Assembly: GCF_009914755.1 (NCBI RefSeq)
Contig: NC_060928.1
Source of the DNA: the human T2T-CHM13v2.0 reference genome, Homo sapiens
DNA length: 64,000 nucleotides
Direction: 5' to 3' (one strand)
The stretch's first letter is position 1. Every line of letters starts with the position of its first letter. Below the pieces are notes generated by a model. It did no database searches and was not told the DNA's origin. It saw only the letters and a list, made by a program, of their open reading frames with translations. Both the position numbers and the translations under genes were made by a program. Shown piece by piece: positions 40,601 to 55,618 of this stretch.

Positions 40601-41307
40601 ACATCTTCTGTTCCATAAAATTAGTCTCCTTCAAAGCGGTAGAAGGGAAGAGGTCCAGTATAGTTGGGTCTTTCTGACTTGAATAAAAGAAAACTCTGCA
40701 AAACCTAACTTTGTATGTTCTGTCAAAGTAAAGAATTTCAGAGTGTTATGGAAACTGGTATTTCAGTTTCTTGAATTTAGCAATGACACAGGGAAAAAAG
40801 AAGCAGAATAAAAACGTGGAGCATATTGATTAATTTCATGGGGTGCAGTCTTTTATAATAGAATCTCAAGATTAATGATGAACTATATGTTGAAATAAAA
40901 GAATTACTGCATTCCTGTTTTGCTAACTGTGAGGAATATGGTTAGAACAACATTTATGAAACTACAAATCACAGAAATGCATTAAAACGCATTAACATGC
41001 TTGTTTTTTCTTATAGATGCTTGAATGATTGACTACTGGACCAGGCAGCAAATCTCAGCATGCCTGTAACATTTACTAATTACTGAAGTGTAGTTAGGGC
41101 AACAGAAGAACATGAAAATACTTTGGAGTGCCATTAAGCAAACAGGGTCATTGTTCAAAAGCCAGATGCTACGTTGTCTCTGCTTTTTAAGTTTCTGGTT
41201 CATACTCTGTATATTATTTCTTAAATGTTTTGTTTTAGAAAGCCTGTGTAGTCAAGAATTTTTTTCCAGAAAGTTATAAATTCTGATTTACTTCTTCTTT
41301 TTTGGCA

Positions 41308-41519
41308 GCCTTGCCACTCAAAAGCTGTCCACAGCCTGAAATACTGGCATTACCTGGTAGTTGGTTAAAAATACAGAATCTCAGGTCCCACCCAGACCTA
41401 CTGTATTAGTCCATTTTCACACTGCTGAAATGGACTAATTTATACAGAAAAAAGGGTTTTATGGACTTAAAGTTCCATGTGGCTGGAGAGGCCTCACAAT
41501 CAAGGTGGAAGTCAAGGAG
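41308..41519. mobile_element. MER5A fragment (41308-41401) abutting a THE1 LTR fragment (41402-41519, minus)
   Basis: 'aaatacagaatctcaggtcccacccagacctac' followed by 'tgtattagtccattttcacactgctga...ggcctcacaatc'. Confidence 0.75.
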
Positions 41520-41789
41520 TTCAATGACTTAGTCACAGCAGATGAAGACTTTTAACGTTGCCATTGGTATTGTCCTTTGAGTCTAGATGGAAACATATGG
41601 GCCAGCATAATATAAGTACATACTGAATACAAGATGCATAGAGGACTTCAGATATGTATGTGGAGCAGTGGTTCCTAGTGCTTGTGAAAATCACCTGGGG
41701 AGATTTTAATATGCACTAGTGCAGCAGCTCTACCCTATATATTCTAACACAATTGTTCTGGAATAGAGACCTGGCATTGGTCTCATGCA

Positions 41790-42000
41790 GATGTGTGTGT
41801 GTATGTGTGTGTACACACAATATATATGTATCTATATTTATATATATATATATACAATGCATATGTATATGTAATCATCTATATTCAGTACATATGTGTA
41901 TGTGTTCATATTTTTACAGTACATATTATCTCATTATATTTATAGTTGTAGTTCTCTCTATCTTAGTAGTATATCTATATATAAATACATGTATAGAGAG
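41790..42000. repeat. (TG)/(TA)-rich low-complexity tract
   Basis: Seen directly; explains ORF 41753-42031. Confidence 0.75.
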
Positions 42001-44957
42001 ACAATCATGGCTATTTGGACAAAGACTCTGAACCGTTTGTGCTTAGCTTTTTAGAAAGGACTCTGGCATAAAACTGCACATAATTTTGATGTCTAATAAC
42101 TTAGCTCCTAGATTGCTGAGGTTACAAGGTACAGTTTACAAAGAGCTTCTTAATCTGGTTCTCCGTAATGCCAAACAGCAATTGAAAAATCTGTCAGAAG
42201 TGTAGCTATTTTGTGTATAAGTAATGATATGTGTATGTGCTATGCAATCCAGATTATTGACTAAATATTTGAGTTCCCAGTTGCATTTTTGGCATCAAGT
42301 CAGACACAAAAAAAATCTGTTAAAAAGTTAAAAATCAATATGATAGCAATGACATAATTTACTAATGTTAAGTAAACAAAATTGGCCAAAAAATATTACA
42401 ACCTTGTAACAGAAGGATCATAACCCACAATAAGATGCTCTTTAGCCTACAAACATATTTTTATTCATAATCTTACTTATTTCTAATTAAATCCCTTGAG
42501 TTCTGCCTTATTTTGACTTTACTATTGCAGCAACTCAGGTTGTGAGAAGCTATTGGTAACTTGGGGTAACAGGCTGGCAGAGTCAGAACTGGAGTTGAGA
42601 ATCTCTGGCTCCAAGATCAGTGCCCCTTACATCACTCACAGTTGCCGTCAGTGTAAGGGTCTCAGCCATGTCTCTAACCATGGAGGCCCAAGCAAGCCTC
42701 TGGCCTTTGTAGTAGGCATTATGTTTAAAGTACTTTATGTTTCGGTTTGCTGTATGCCATAAACTATGTTGTTCTTAACATTAAAAACCAAACATGGAGG
42801 CCCTTTCTTTGTCTTCTGTAAGGGAATATTGCATCTGCTATTAAACTGGCAGGCAATAAGGCTTACTCGACACACTAAAAAACGGCATGTCGGGGATTTT
42901 ACTATGGCAAACAAAATAAATATTGGTAGAAATTTAGGATTTGGTACAGAACAGCTTGAGTTCCTTCCATCTGCCACACCGATTTCCTCACACTTAACCA
43001 AAATCATAAAGCAAACAGCTCAGAGAAGATGAAATATGGAAAAAAGTGTGGAGAGAGCAGGTTAAAGGAGCCCAGTGACTCAGGGATTAGCCACTGGCGT
43101 CTCACTTCTAGGATCCCGGACATCATGAAAAGTTCCCTGTTGCAGTTCATAAGCCCACCAAAGATTTAAAGCCTCCTGTCAACGTCCAGAGCATTACCTT
43201 AAGGAGGCTGAGCCATGACTGGGCCTGAAAATGAAATACAGCACTGCTATTTATGTCCCTCTGGGTTACATGGTAAGGGACTAAGAGCAGATTTGCATTC
43301 AGAGCCTTGAACAAGCTTGTTTCTTTAAGATAATACAAATATTTTTTTCATATCATAAATTTGAGTCTTTTTTGTAAAACAATTCTTAAAAACATATTCT
43401 ATCTTCAAAGGAAATCCTAAATGACATGGGGAATTTGGAATTTGGGACTTTAAATATTATCAGAACCAAGATAGATGTATCCTTTGACAAAATTATGGAA
43501 TGATAATTTATATTTAACTATTTTAATACTGCCTCTATATGAACAAATATATATTATTTTCTGTTCATGGTCTTGATTTTTTTTTTGTTCAAAGAAACAA
43601 CCTGGCCTAAAGTACTGTGGGTTTTCAATTACTTGCTTATGCATCCGTAAATGTAGCTGGTATACCAAATGGATCACTGTTTGGGAATGTATAAACTTAC
43701 AGGAAAATAGCTTGGGGCAGTGTTAATTGTAGATGATTTGTGTAAGAAGAAATGTTAGGTAGTAAAGCACTCTAAAAAGGATAATTTGGCTAAAAGACCA
43801 TGTCATGGGCTTTTGGGAAACTCTTTATTACCCCTCTCCTTATTCACTCTATTTAGCATTTGTAATGCCTGTAGCAGGTAATAATGTTCAGGATGTCTAC
43901 TGTCTTCAAGTTCTGTGCAGTTCTCAAGACTGTACATCTATCTGTAAGTCAAAAATTGTTTGATAAGCTGAGTGGACAGTCCTGATTAGAAGAGTGATGC
44001 TTTATATTGAAGGAGTATACATTATCAAGATTTCTTAGTGGAAATAGAGTATGAGAAGTCATTGATTTCAGGAAGACATACAAGTAAATAAAATCTTGAG
44101 AATAAATAGGCCAAATAAGAAGGTGGAAGCTGTGGAATGTTTACATTTTTGCAGTCACAAAAATGAAATGAGCTGAAAACGTAGTAAAAATTGAACCAAA
44201 TAGAATTGACAGCTCATTAACAGTGAAAATATACTTGCACCATTTTTGGTTATACTGCAAATAAGATGCTCACTTTTATACTAATGAGATTATCATGAAA
44301 ATAATACATGCAAATCAAAGGAAGCATAATTGGAGTAATTAGAGTAATTGATTAGCTCCATTTGGTGGAAAGGCTAGGAAGAAGGTGAGAAGGATTTACG
44401 TCACAGAAGAAAGATTAGGCAACATTCTCATGGGTGTGTGTGCTAAAGAGAACGTCTAGTTACAGCACTTACCTGCTGTTCTTCCAACGACCTTAGTCAG
44501 AGTCAATGCAAGCACTAAGCCATATAGGTTAATTTCCTCATTGTCTCACCTCTTTCAAAAATTCACCTCACTAAAAGTACTGGGGAATAGGTAGAAACAT
44601 ATTCTGCTTCAGGCATCAGCATAACAAAGGCAGTCTATTATTAAAGTTTGCTCTCTTTCTCTCTCACTGTGGACCTTACTCCTATGGTTTACTCAGAGGA
44701 GAGAGTGATAAGAGAAGAGGAGATCAACACAGAGGACTCAGTTTGTTTAGACAAATGTATATAAGTCTAATAGTTTCCTCTACAGTAAATATTACTGTAA
44801 CTTGGAAAAGTTCTATATGGAAAGAGTGGTGTGGTACAGCAGGCTGATTTAGGTGCATGAACCATTTCCATCAGTTTCACTTCTTTTGAACATATAGCTC
44901 ATAAGTTTTTACTCCCTTACCTGTAACTTAAATTATATTTATTTTAGAACTTATACT

Positions 44958-45001
44958 GAATGAGAAGATTATAGAATGAGAAGATAATAGAATGAGAAGA
45001 T
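44958..45001. repeat. 16-bp minisatellite, about 2.7 copies
   Basis: gaatgagaagat(t/a)ata repeated. Confidence 0.85.
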
Positions 45002-45313
45002 ATATGTAATGCATATAATTGGTGGGTATATTTCTGATTTTATTCCTATTGGTTACATGTCTGGGTCTGTATTGTTTGTGTCTTATCAACGCAATAAGGA
45101 AGAGCCCAATTATAAGTATTAATCTTGTGCATCCCTACAACCAGACTTTTAATAAATCACTGTAGGGGTAATATTCTCATGTCACAGGTATCAGTAATGC
45201 CATCTTTATGCAATATTGGAAAAGATCAAATTGGTTCATCGTTTATTGTCCTTACCAGAGGGATTCATCTTCCTTTAATCTTTTTTTAGACCTAATTTCT
45301 AAGTATTTTTTGA

Positions 45314-45909
45314 CTTTTTTTCTTTTTAATTGAGGCAAATTACATATAATGAAATTTCCCATTTTAACCATTTTCAGTAGAGTTAAGGATAGTGACATTG
45401 TTGGGCAACCAATCTCCAGAACTTTTTAATTTTGCAAAATTGAAACTCTATATCCATTAAACAACTTCCCCTTTCTCCATCCCCATCTCCCCTGCCAACC
45501 ACCATTCTACTTTCTGTTTCTGTGAGTTTGACTACTATGTATACTTCACATAAATGGAGTCAGACAGTATTTGTCTGTGTGTGACTGGGTTATTTCACTT
45601 AGTATAATGTTCTCAAAGTTCATCTATTGATGAACCTTTATGATTTAGACCACAGGGCTTGTTCAAACTTCCCTTATGGTAGACATTTTCTGTTGCTTGT
45701 TAGTTATTAAAATGATCTTAATTTAAATTACTCTATAATAAGCAATTTGATGTGTTAGAATTTCCTTCCTTTTTAAGGCTAACATTCCATTGTATGTATA
45801 TGCCATGTGTAGCTTATCCATCCATCTGTTGATGGGCACTTGGGATGCTTTCATCTTTTGTCTACTGTGAATAGTATTGCCATGAACATGGGTGTACAGA
45901 TATCTCTTT
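45314..45909 (-). mobile_element. L1MB-type 3' end interrupted by a templated insert
   Basis: 'ccaccattctactttctgtttctgtgagtttgactact', 'tatttcacttagtataatgttctcaaagttcatc', 'agaatttccttcctttttaaggct'. Confidence 0.85.
45632..45751 (+). repeat. Dispersed direct duplicate of 47133-47250
   Basis: ttagaccacagggcttgttcaaact...gttagttattaaaatgatct...tctataataa present at both sites. Confidence 0.9.
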
Positions 45910-48177
45910 AAAACTCTAAGTATCTTTTAAATACCTTAGCCCTCAAATTATATAACAAGGCAAAAAAAAAACCTATTTTTACTTTGACTCAACTTGTCCA
46001 TCCATAGTTTAAGGACACAGATTTTAGGGATTAAGTTTTTGAATTGGAAAAATTTGTGAAAGGAAAAAAGAGGCATTGTTAGAGTATGTGATGAAATATA
46101 AAATATGTCTATGGATTGGATGACAGTGTCTTATCACTGTTACTTCGATTGGGAGGATTGAATGGCAGTAGTATTTGAAGGGTATCTTTGTTTGGGGAAC
46201 ATAATCAAGCTTTCCTAGATTTGAATTCTGGCTGTACTCTTTCATGCCATTATTTTATTGGGTGAGTTGAATAATCTTTCTTAAACCTTAACTTCCTTAT
46301 CTGAAAAATTCAGACAGCAATGATTAAATGAGGTAGTGCACATAATGCTCTTAGCATGTTGTACAACACACAAACACTTTTTGTATATTTGGTTGTCATC
46401 ATTATTATCATTCTCTCTCTCCCTATTAATTTTTAGGACATTTGTCTCTCTCTCCTTTTAGACTCTTCTCAAGCCAAGTGGCACTTTTGTTTCTTTATGT
46501 GCAGTGAGTTACACAAGCTCTGGCACCTATTAGGGACTTATCCATCTTATCAGAGTGAATTGATTCATCACTGATTGATATTTTCTGCTGGGAGAAGCCT
46601 ATGAACCAGGATGCTTATGAAGAATATGAATGCAAAACTATGCTGGACATTGTTTGGATTTTTATCTTAAGTCTCGGTCCATTTAGAATCATAAGAGAAA
46701 TAATGGAAGAACAAAATTTTCTGTATGCTGTCTACTGCCTGCCTTTCAGCTCCCTGCCAAAAAATGTCATAAGGGCAGCATTTCCTAAGAAAGTTTGGCA
46801 CTTAGGCCTCTAGTGTGGCTGGAAACCATCAGTGGAAAATAGTCTTTGAGAAAAATGTCCTATGCACTTGTGTAAAGACATAAGTTTTAGTTTAGAGGAA
46901 AGGATAGGAAGAAAAAAAAATAATGTGACACATCTGAGAATTTCTGGATCACCTGAATTCTGTTCCGATGACAAATTACTTCCGTGTAAAAGGAGAAGCC
47001 GAAAACTACATCTGTTTGGTTGGATTTACTTACAAATTTAAAATGAAAAATAAACCAATGGAATAGTAACTTCCTCCATCCTGCTTTCTCACTTTGCTCC
47101 CTGGCTAGGCTAGTATGCACAAAATTAGCAAAGAAACTCCTTCTGACTTAGACCACAGGGCTTGTTCAAACTCCCCTTGTAGTAGACTTTGTCGTTTGTT
47201 AGTTATTAAAATGATCTAAATTTAAATAAATCTATAATAAATGATTTGATATTATCTGAAATTTTTGAATACATAAGAACTAAGCAGCATTAAAACATTT
47301 AAATCCTAACATTAGAACTACTCTACATAAAAAATAAACAACATTATATAGCAGCAATGGACTGCTTGGTGCTTTGATGGCTTTGTATCTGTGTGAAAGC
47401 TATTTTGAATAAAACAAACATAAAGGGTTTTCACCTAAGTTCTCAACTTGAAATAAACCACTTCACCTCCCACTGGCCAAAAGCAGATTACAAATGCTGA
47501 CACACTGAGCATTTGATAGCATCTCTTTCTGCTATCACGCAGATGTGTTAGCTCTAACTGTTTTTAAATGAGGAAAAGAAATCTCAAAACAGTCAATATT
47601 CAGATTAAGTTGGAAAAAAGTTTCTTGGGAAGAGTTTACAATTTTTAGGGCTCTGGCTAGATTGATTTAATTCTGCACATATTATACTTATGTATTCTTT
47701 ATTTTGTAGGAGTTTCTTGAGAGGTGGGATATATGGCTATATTTTCATTTTTGCATTCTGATATTCTTCAAGTAGAGAAATTACTGTTGGTTGATTAATA
47801 TATGCAGAGTGTGTATAGAATATCACTTGATGTCTGAGATGCTCTCTTGGTGCTCTTTTAGGAGCCTATATGAATTATTTAGTAGAGAGGAATGAACACT
47901 TGGCTAGCAATTAAGAGAGCTGGATACCAGTCCCAGCTTGGCCACTAATACACTTTGTGGAACTTACCCAGTTCCTATACATCCTTAGGGAGTCTCAGTT
48001 TCCTTCTATAAGGAAAGGAAGTGAGTCTTGGTAGTTTCTCAGGACCGACTGCTGGGTAAAATTTTAATATTCAATATTTGAAGACCAATGTGTAACATTT
48101 ACCACTCTTCCTTTTCAGGAATACAGGATATTTTTGGTTTATTTCCTTATTCCTTTATTGTAGCATTTACTATATTC

Positions 48178-48475
48178 TTTTTATTTATTTATTTATTTAT
48201 TATGATTATTATACTTTAAGTTTTAGGGTACATGTGCACAATGTGCAGGTTAGTTACATATGTATACATGTGACATGCTGGTGCGCTGCACCCACTAACA
48301 CATCATCTAGCATTAGGTATATCTCCCAATGCTATCCCTCCCCCCTCCCCCCACCCCATGACAGTCCCCAGAGTGTGATGTTCCCCTTCCTGTGTCCATG
48401 TGTTCTCATTGTTCAATTCCGACCTACGAGTGAGAATATGCGGTGTTTGGTTTTTTGTCCTTACGATAGTTTACT
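48178..48475 (-). mobile_element. Young L1PA (L1PA2/3-like) 3' end, ~300 bp
   Basis: 'ttatactttaagttttagggtacatgtgcac...ggtgcgctgcacccactaa...tctagcattaggtatatctcccaatgc'; T-rich tail. Confidence 0.92.
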
Positions 48476-48669
48476 TTGTAGTAGCTTAGTGTGGGTCTGC
48501 TTAGAGAAACTGGAAGCCACTTGAGAGCAAGGGTTATACTCACTCTCCCAATCCATCTTTACACATTGGCACAAGTAAACATCATGGTGGAATAGACAGA
48601 GCTCAGGTGTTGAAGTCAGAGAGACCTGGGTTTCAATCATGACATTACTGCTCTATCTGGCATGGTTAC

Positions 48670-49125
48670 AGCAGACACTAAAAAGTTTTTAATGAGGAGG
48701 AGATTCATAAATGTATGATCAGAATCAAGGGAACCAGAGGACTCTGAGGCACCAGAAACCAAAAACAGCCAGGAAATCATTTTTATCCTTAGAGCAGAAA
48801 AGGAGATGAGAGGAAGTGAATGGTACTACCAGAACCCTGAGAGAACTTGGGCTCCTGGGAAAGGGACCCCAAACAGGACCTGTAATTGTTGAGAAGCACA
48901 ACAATGACCAGAAGCATTACTAGGCAGGGAGAGAGCAGAGGGAATAAATATCCCACACAGTTTCTCTTCCCACCCTCTGATCTGCTGGTGCATTCCATTG
49001 GCTGAACTCAACCAGAAACCAGAGGGAAAAAGAATCTGGGTGACGGGATCTGTAGAATTCAGATCCTCAGGGGAGAGGACAAGGCAGAGAAATATGGAGA
49101 GTACATCTGGGAGAAAAAATGTTGT
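48670..49125. mobile_element. Old LTR (MLT1-like)
   Basis: 'ccattggctgaactcaaccagaaaccagaggg...ggagagtacatctgggag'. Confidence 0.55.
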
Positions 49126-50112
49126 ATAATCGTCTCCTAGCTTTAAGCCTTGAGGACATTTATAAATCCCTGAGCTTAAAGCCCTAGTTTACAATAAAAC
49201 ATCAATACAAATATCTCTCAGGGTGATATGCGAATTAAAAAAGAAAATGTCTATGAAAGTGACTGCTTTTGTGGAGATGCTCAATAAATAAATAGCACTT
49301 CCATTTACTTGTTGAATAAATGGACAAACGAATAAAACAGAGAAGACTAACTTTTGTCTATGGGCATGGCACAATTGAGCTGTTAGTATACACATATTCT
49401 ACAGTGTGCTCAGTAATCATTTTGCTCACTGAATCTTACAATGTTCTCTGAATGGAAGGGGCATGGATCTTCTACATGAATAGCTTGAAACTCATGAATA
49501 TGGAGCTGAGCTATTATCGGCATGACATGGGATAATACAGACTGCTCCATTACACGGTGCAGTCGGCTGGACTGTTTATACACTGTAACTCGCCTGAGGA
49601 TGGCTTCCTGTGTAAGAGTTCTGCCTTTTTTTAAAAGCTTTCTTGTTAATTACTAGACACTTGAATATAGTAACTAACAAAAGAAGCAAAATAATGTCAT
49701 AATCAGGTTGGGAATCACTGTCTAATTAACAGGAATAGTTATACAAAGAAGGGAGAAGATATTTGAGTAACATCAAGAAAATTCATTGGCTCCACTGGTG
49801 AAAAGGGGCATGAAAATGAGATTTACAGAATAATCAACCAGATCTAACATTTATGTGTGAACATTTCTCAGCTGTCTGACTAGTTTTTAATGCTTCATGA
49901 AATCTTTCATTTTGAAGTTTTTATTAATTGACACATAAAAATATAGCAACAATAAAAACATGTTAAGTGAATAACTATAAAAAACTACTCATAAAATTGA
50001 TTCAAACCATCTCATATTGTATTTAGTCACTGCAGTAAGAAAAAATAGTTCTATAAGCTTATTTTGATTTAATTTCCATATCTTTAAACAATTACCACTG
50101 TATTTAAAATAA

Positions 50113-50703
<591 letters not shown>

Positions 50704-52699
50704 GACTGCTCTATTGATAAGTTCACTCAAGGTCCATTAATTCAAAATATGCCCATTCATTATAGGAAAGAAATAGTGTATTTTGCAAAGTTTCCTTGTT
50801 AATGTCTCCATGATCATTGCTTTAAGAACTAATAAGAAAGGAAGCATGATATAAGAACTGGTGCCAGGGCGTGTTAATACAACTTTGTGGTCAGGTTCCA
50901 GTAGGGAAGGCTATAGTCACTGCTTCTAAGTATAATTTTTGCTATACTGAATTTTACCTAATTTTGAATTTCTTTTCAAAGAAGAGTGGAAAGATTTTTC
51001 TAAAACATTATGACTGATGGAATTTATCTTTGTTATTTTATTTTGAGTATTCCATCTAGAATAAGACGAGATAAAGATATCATCTAGGGAGTTGACTGCT
51101 GCTCAGGCAGCTTTTTACAGGATGACACAAGAGTTTTGAATTGACCACGATACATAATTACTTCTAGAGCATTTCAAACTCATATTTTGAGTGCCTTGAT
51201 CACCCAGAGTTGAGTAGATTCAGAAGATTGCTTTATGTTAACCAAGTCCAGATGAGTCTGATAGATAAACCAGAAAGCCACTTTTAAAATTCACAACATA
51301 TATGTTTATAAACACATAAATGTATAAGGTAATTAATAGACTCTAATAAATGCCAAAGTCCTAGGCACAGAAACTTCCATTTTAGTCAGCTCCTTTGGGA
51401 AATAAACATGGGAAAGCAATTGCTTCCTCTGATGGTTCCTTGTTGAGAAAGGAATCACAAGAACCATGAAATGGTCTATTGATGGGCATGAAATTACAAG
51501 TGTCGTTTTGAGACTTCTACTTTCAAATGGAACATGGTTCTCTTCAGTTGTCTGCATTTAGCACATATTCCCCTTGAAAATGCTGGGTTAAAATGATATA
51601 CTCTAGATCCATGACTGTCTGTTTTTTTCTGTGCACCATGTACAGCAGTAAACACACTGTATCTTTACATATATAACATCTTTGTTTCAGATACACATAC
51701 CATAATTAGATTTTCTCACCCTGCTTTTCCAGCTTTTGACCTGGATGGTACTCTGTCATTTAAGATGCCTGCCACAGATTTCTGATATAAGTCCTTTTGT
51801 GGCTAGTTTGTTACTTAATGTCATAGAATTATGGGAGGAGTCTTCTCTTATTCCCAAGTTTCACTTACAATATTACAGAGTAAACACAAAGAAGTAATGC
51901 ATAACATGAGGGCAAAATATTAATTTTTTAGTAGACAATTGTATCTAACCACTCATTTATGAGAAAAAAATGAAGTCTAAGAAAGTAATATACATATATA
52001 TGTCAGTCAATAATAAATATAATAACTTTAAGTTAACTAAATTGAATAACTTTAAAACACAAAGTAAGGTATTAAATGAAGACTTTGTGACTTGTAAATA
52101 GTTCTTTTAAGGGAACATTTTAGGGAATGTTATTTTTACCTCTTTAAAATGAGTTTTATAAACATAGATGAAATGTCAGCTTTGCAGTACAATTTTATAC
52201 CCTATGTATTTACCTATTACAGTTATATATCATTTATCTGTATTTAGTTTGTATACTAAATGTATTTAACACAATTTTACCTTTTCTATATTTAAAATGT
52301 AGAGAATTCTATTTTTTATAGATATGGAAAATTTCATTAAAGTCAAAGGCATATTAAACTCTATTGCTGATGACTTGCTTTTCCCTCCATTATCGTTAAT
52401 AACCTCATAATTCAGCATAGCCCTAGACCACCACCTGCAGCTCATTACAAACCCATTAAAGAAAACCTATTCCATGGCAGAGCTGTTCTTCTGAGAAGCA
52501 TTGGTGCTCTTAGATAAATTCTCTATCATTCTGTATGTTTTTTGTCAAGTTTCGGAAGACTAATTTTGCAAAAAAAGTTATCTCCACTAAAGTTTTCTTA
52601 AGTGTACTGGCTATCTATGAACATGCAACTTTTCACCACATATACTTTAATTGGTGCTATAAATTTGTTTATATAATTGCTGCTTTTGGCATCCATTTT

Positions 52700-53250
52700 T
52701 AAGCTTGACAGATGTTTGAAACCCAATTGTACCCCATCACCTCTGACTTAGTTAAAACTTTACCTCCCTGTGTGGTTGTTTGCGATATACCATTTGTTCC
52801 TCATCCCACACCCCAAACCCAGCACACTCCACAATTGCTGACCACAATAAAACCCAATGGTCAACATAAGAGTCATGTAAAAAGTTCCCCCTTCATGTGT
52901 GTTTTCTTTATATATCATTTATATATATTTATTTGTTTGTATACTAAATATATACAATCCACAAACCTGCAGGGAGGTCTAAGGGATAACACCCATGGAC
53001 TTTAATAAGGGCATAGTCCCACAGGTCCTGTCTGTCTCTCTTCCCACCTGCTGGTTGAGCTCTCTGTCACTTCTAGACTTCCCCTCAGTCTCCCATAAAC
53101 ACCCATTACCTCTCTGGTGCCTGTGAATAACAAATTTCTTCTGTTTTTTACATTTTGGGTTCACATCCTCATAATGTCTCATCTGACTCACACACCTGAA
53201 CATAACATTCCCCTAGTCAGGGCTCTCCTAGAGAGTGGTTATCTTGAAGA
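52700..53250 (+). mobile_element. ERVL-class LTR (MER74/MER54-like)
   Basis: 'gctgaccacaataaaacccaatggtcaac', 'gggataacacccatggac', 'tcagggctctccctagagagtgg'; family recalled from memory. Confidence 0.55.
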
Positions 53251-53396
53251 GTGATATCTAGAACAAATTTTTAAAAATCATAATAGAGATTACAACAATT
53301 GGTTATTGTTTATTAATGAGCATACATACATTTGAGAATTGTCAAATAAGGAAGGTTAAAAGAGAATTATCAAACAAGGAAAAGAGACTGGGGCCT

Positions 53397-53741
53397 TGCT
53401 TTAGCTTATATGTGCCCCCCCAAATTCATGTGTTGGAAACTTAAGACCCAATGCAACAGTGTGGGGAAGTAGGTTTTAATGGGAGGTGCCTAGGACATGA
53501 GGGCAGAGAAGGGCTTTCAGGACTGGACTCTCTTACCTTTCTACTTTCTGCCATGTGGGAATTCATGTGCAAGGTGCCTTCTCGGAAGAGGGGAACAGCC
53601 TCTCTAGACACCAAAACTGCAAGTGCCTTAACTTACACTTTAGACTTGCCAGCTTGCAGAACTGTGAGCCAGTAATTTCCTGTTCATTATAAATTAGAAT
53701 CTCAGGTGTTCTGTCATAGCAGCGCAAAATGGACTAAGATA
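53397..53741 (+). mobile_element. MST (MSTC/D-like) solo LTR
   Basis: 'ccccaaattcatgtgttggaaactta...cagaactgtgag...atagcagcgcaaaatggactaagata'. Confidence 0.85.
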
Positions 53742-55329
53742 GAACTTTTAACCCTTTTTTAATCTGTCTGTGACTTGGTGCTCTTTGCTACTTTATATAT
53801 TATGATATTAAATTCCCCCAACAAACACGTGGTAGATTTGAAACAGAAACATGAGAGGAAAATGTCTTGCTCCTCAGCAAATGTGCTAGTCAAGTAGAAA
53901 CAGGTGGGGTGACCTACTTTGCATTTTGCATGGATGAAAAGATTTCAAATTTATTTTTCTTGTCTTAGGGATTTGTATTCCCAAAATTGAAAACAGTTTA
54001 AAATAGGAAAGGTGTGAGCTTATTAGCACAGTAATACCCTCTAAATTCTCACTCCCTGGTGAAAGTAGAAAAGTGCTAATTAATCAATTGCTCAATTAAG
54101 ATAGGCTCTTAAGAGCACTTTTGTCCTGGGAAAATATAAGCAGCTGATAATCTGCCTTGAGAAAAATGCATTTTACAGGAATTATGTTCAAAGTAGAGTA
54201 TTTGGGGTACAACCCTCCAGATGAAAATGTATTTATTACTGACAGATTAACTCTCACTTGAAGTCCTTAGTTTTGAGGATGAATGTTCTCCGATGAGACA
54301 ATATTATACATAGAAAAAATGAACATAAAGTTTACGCTTCTTTATTTACTCATTTAAGTAGTTATTTGTTGGATGTCTATGCACCTTCATAGGATTTTGT
54401 GAGGCTTTGATAATCTACACAAAGTGCTTGGAGGTTGTGATGTAAAGGAAAGATAATATTCAGATGAGTGAATATCATCCAAGCAATGTCTATCTTCAAT
54501 ACCACAAGTGCAGTAGTAGATATAGCCACATATTTTTCATGACCTTATTAACAAGCAGGGTGCTGTACTAGAGATGAAAGAGATGGAGACCTTGATCACA
54601 GAGGACAAGCTGGGGCATGCATAGGAAGGGAGGCTGCACAGGTAGCAAAAGCCAGATCATCAGAAGACTTTGTGGGCTATGTGAAGAAATTTAAACTTCA
54701 TTATGGGAAACCATAAATTGTTTTAAATTATGAATTACTGTGATCAGTCCTGGTTTTTAGAATAAGTCTGAGGTCAGTGTGGGGGCATAAGAAGAGTAAG
54801 ACTTAAGACTGAGACAACAGACATGTGCAAATCACAGAGAAATCTGAGGAGAAAATCTGGAGACTTAAGTTAGAATACTAGAATTCCCATTAACTAGCCG
54901 TGTGATCTGACCAATAAACAAACCTCCCTGAATTGCCATTTTCTAATCTAGAAAATGCTGTGATAAGAAGAAGCAGTTCCACAGACATGAAGTTCAAGCT
55001 CACTGGGCTCCCTTCAGTGTTCTGTTTCACAGCTGAATAGGCAGGTTCCTGACACAGTTGGACCCAAGGGGCCCCAGGAATCTGCACGTACCCCATGTTC
55101 ATCCTTCTGCTTTCATACTTGTCCTCTGGTTGGTTTTCATGCTTTCTCTGACATTTTGCCTTCTAACTGAATCCTGTTCCCCTTTCTAGCCAGTTGCAAA
55201 GAAGCTGGTTAGACTACATATTGGCTTTTAATGTCAGAATCTCTCTTTTGAATCATCCTCTGTTCCATGATCAGTAACCGCCTCACCAGCCTGCTCTGCC
55301 CTGAGAACCAGCCCACTTCTCCAGAGGTA

Positions 55330-55618
55330 CTTTGTGTCCTTATCAACAGCATTATGCTGAACACATATTAGGATTTCAAAAGATGTAGCTGAACTTGGAC
55401 AGTGGTCTGTGATCTTTCCTGTCATCTGGCCCAGGCAGAGAAACTTCTTGCTTCATGTCAGGAGCACATGTGGCATCACTGGAGACATTCATGATAATTC
55501 TAGGGTGTGAATTGATATTTGCCAGGGCATCATATTACTGCTGAGCTAGTACCTATTTACTTCTCTTTGCTTTTCTACTTGGTTTTGATCTCTATTTGAT
55601 ACATTTCTTTCATTCTTT
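55330..55618 (+). repeat. Left arm of a 290-bp inverted repeat
   Basis: Reverse complement of 56231-56520; hand alignment gives 6 substitutions and 1 indel, all in the outer 96 bp. Confidence 0.97.
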
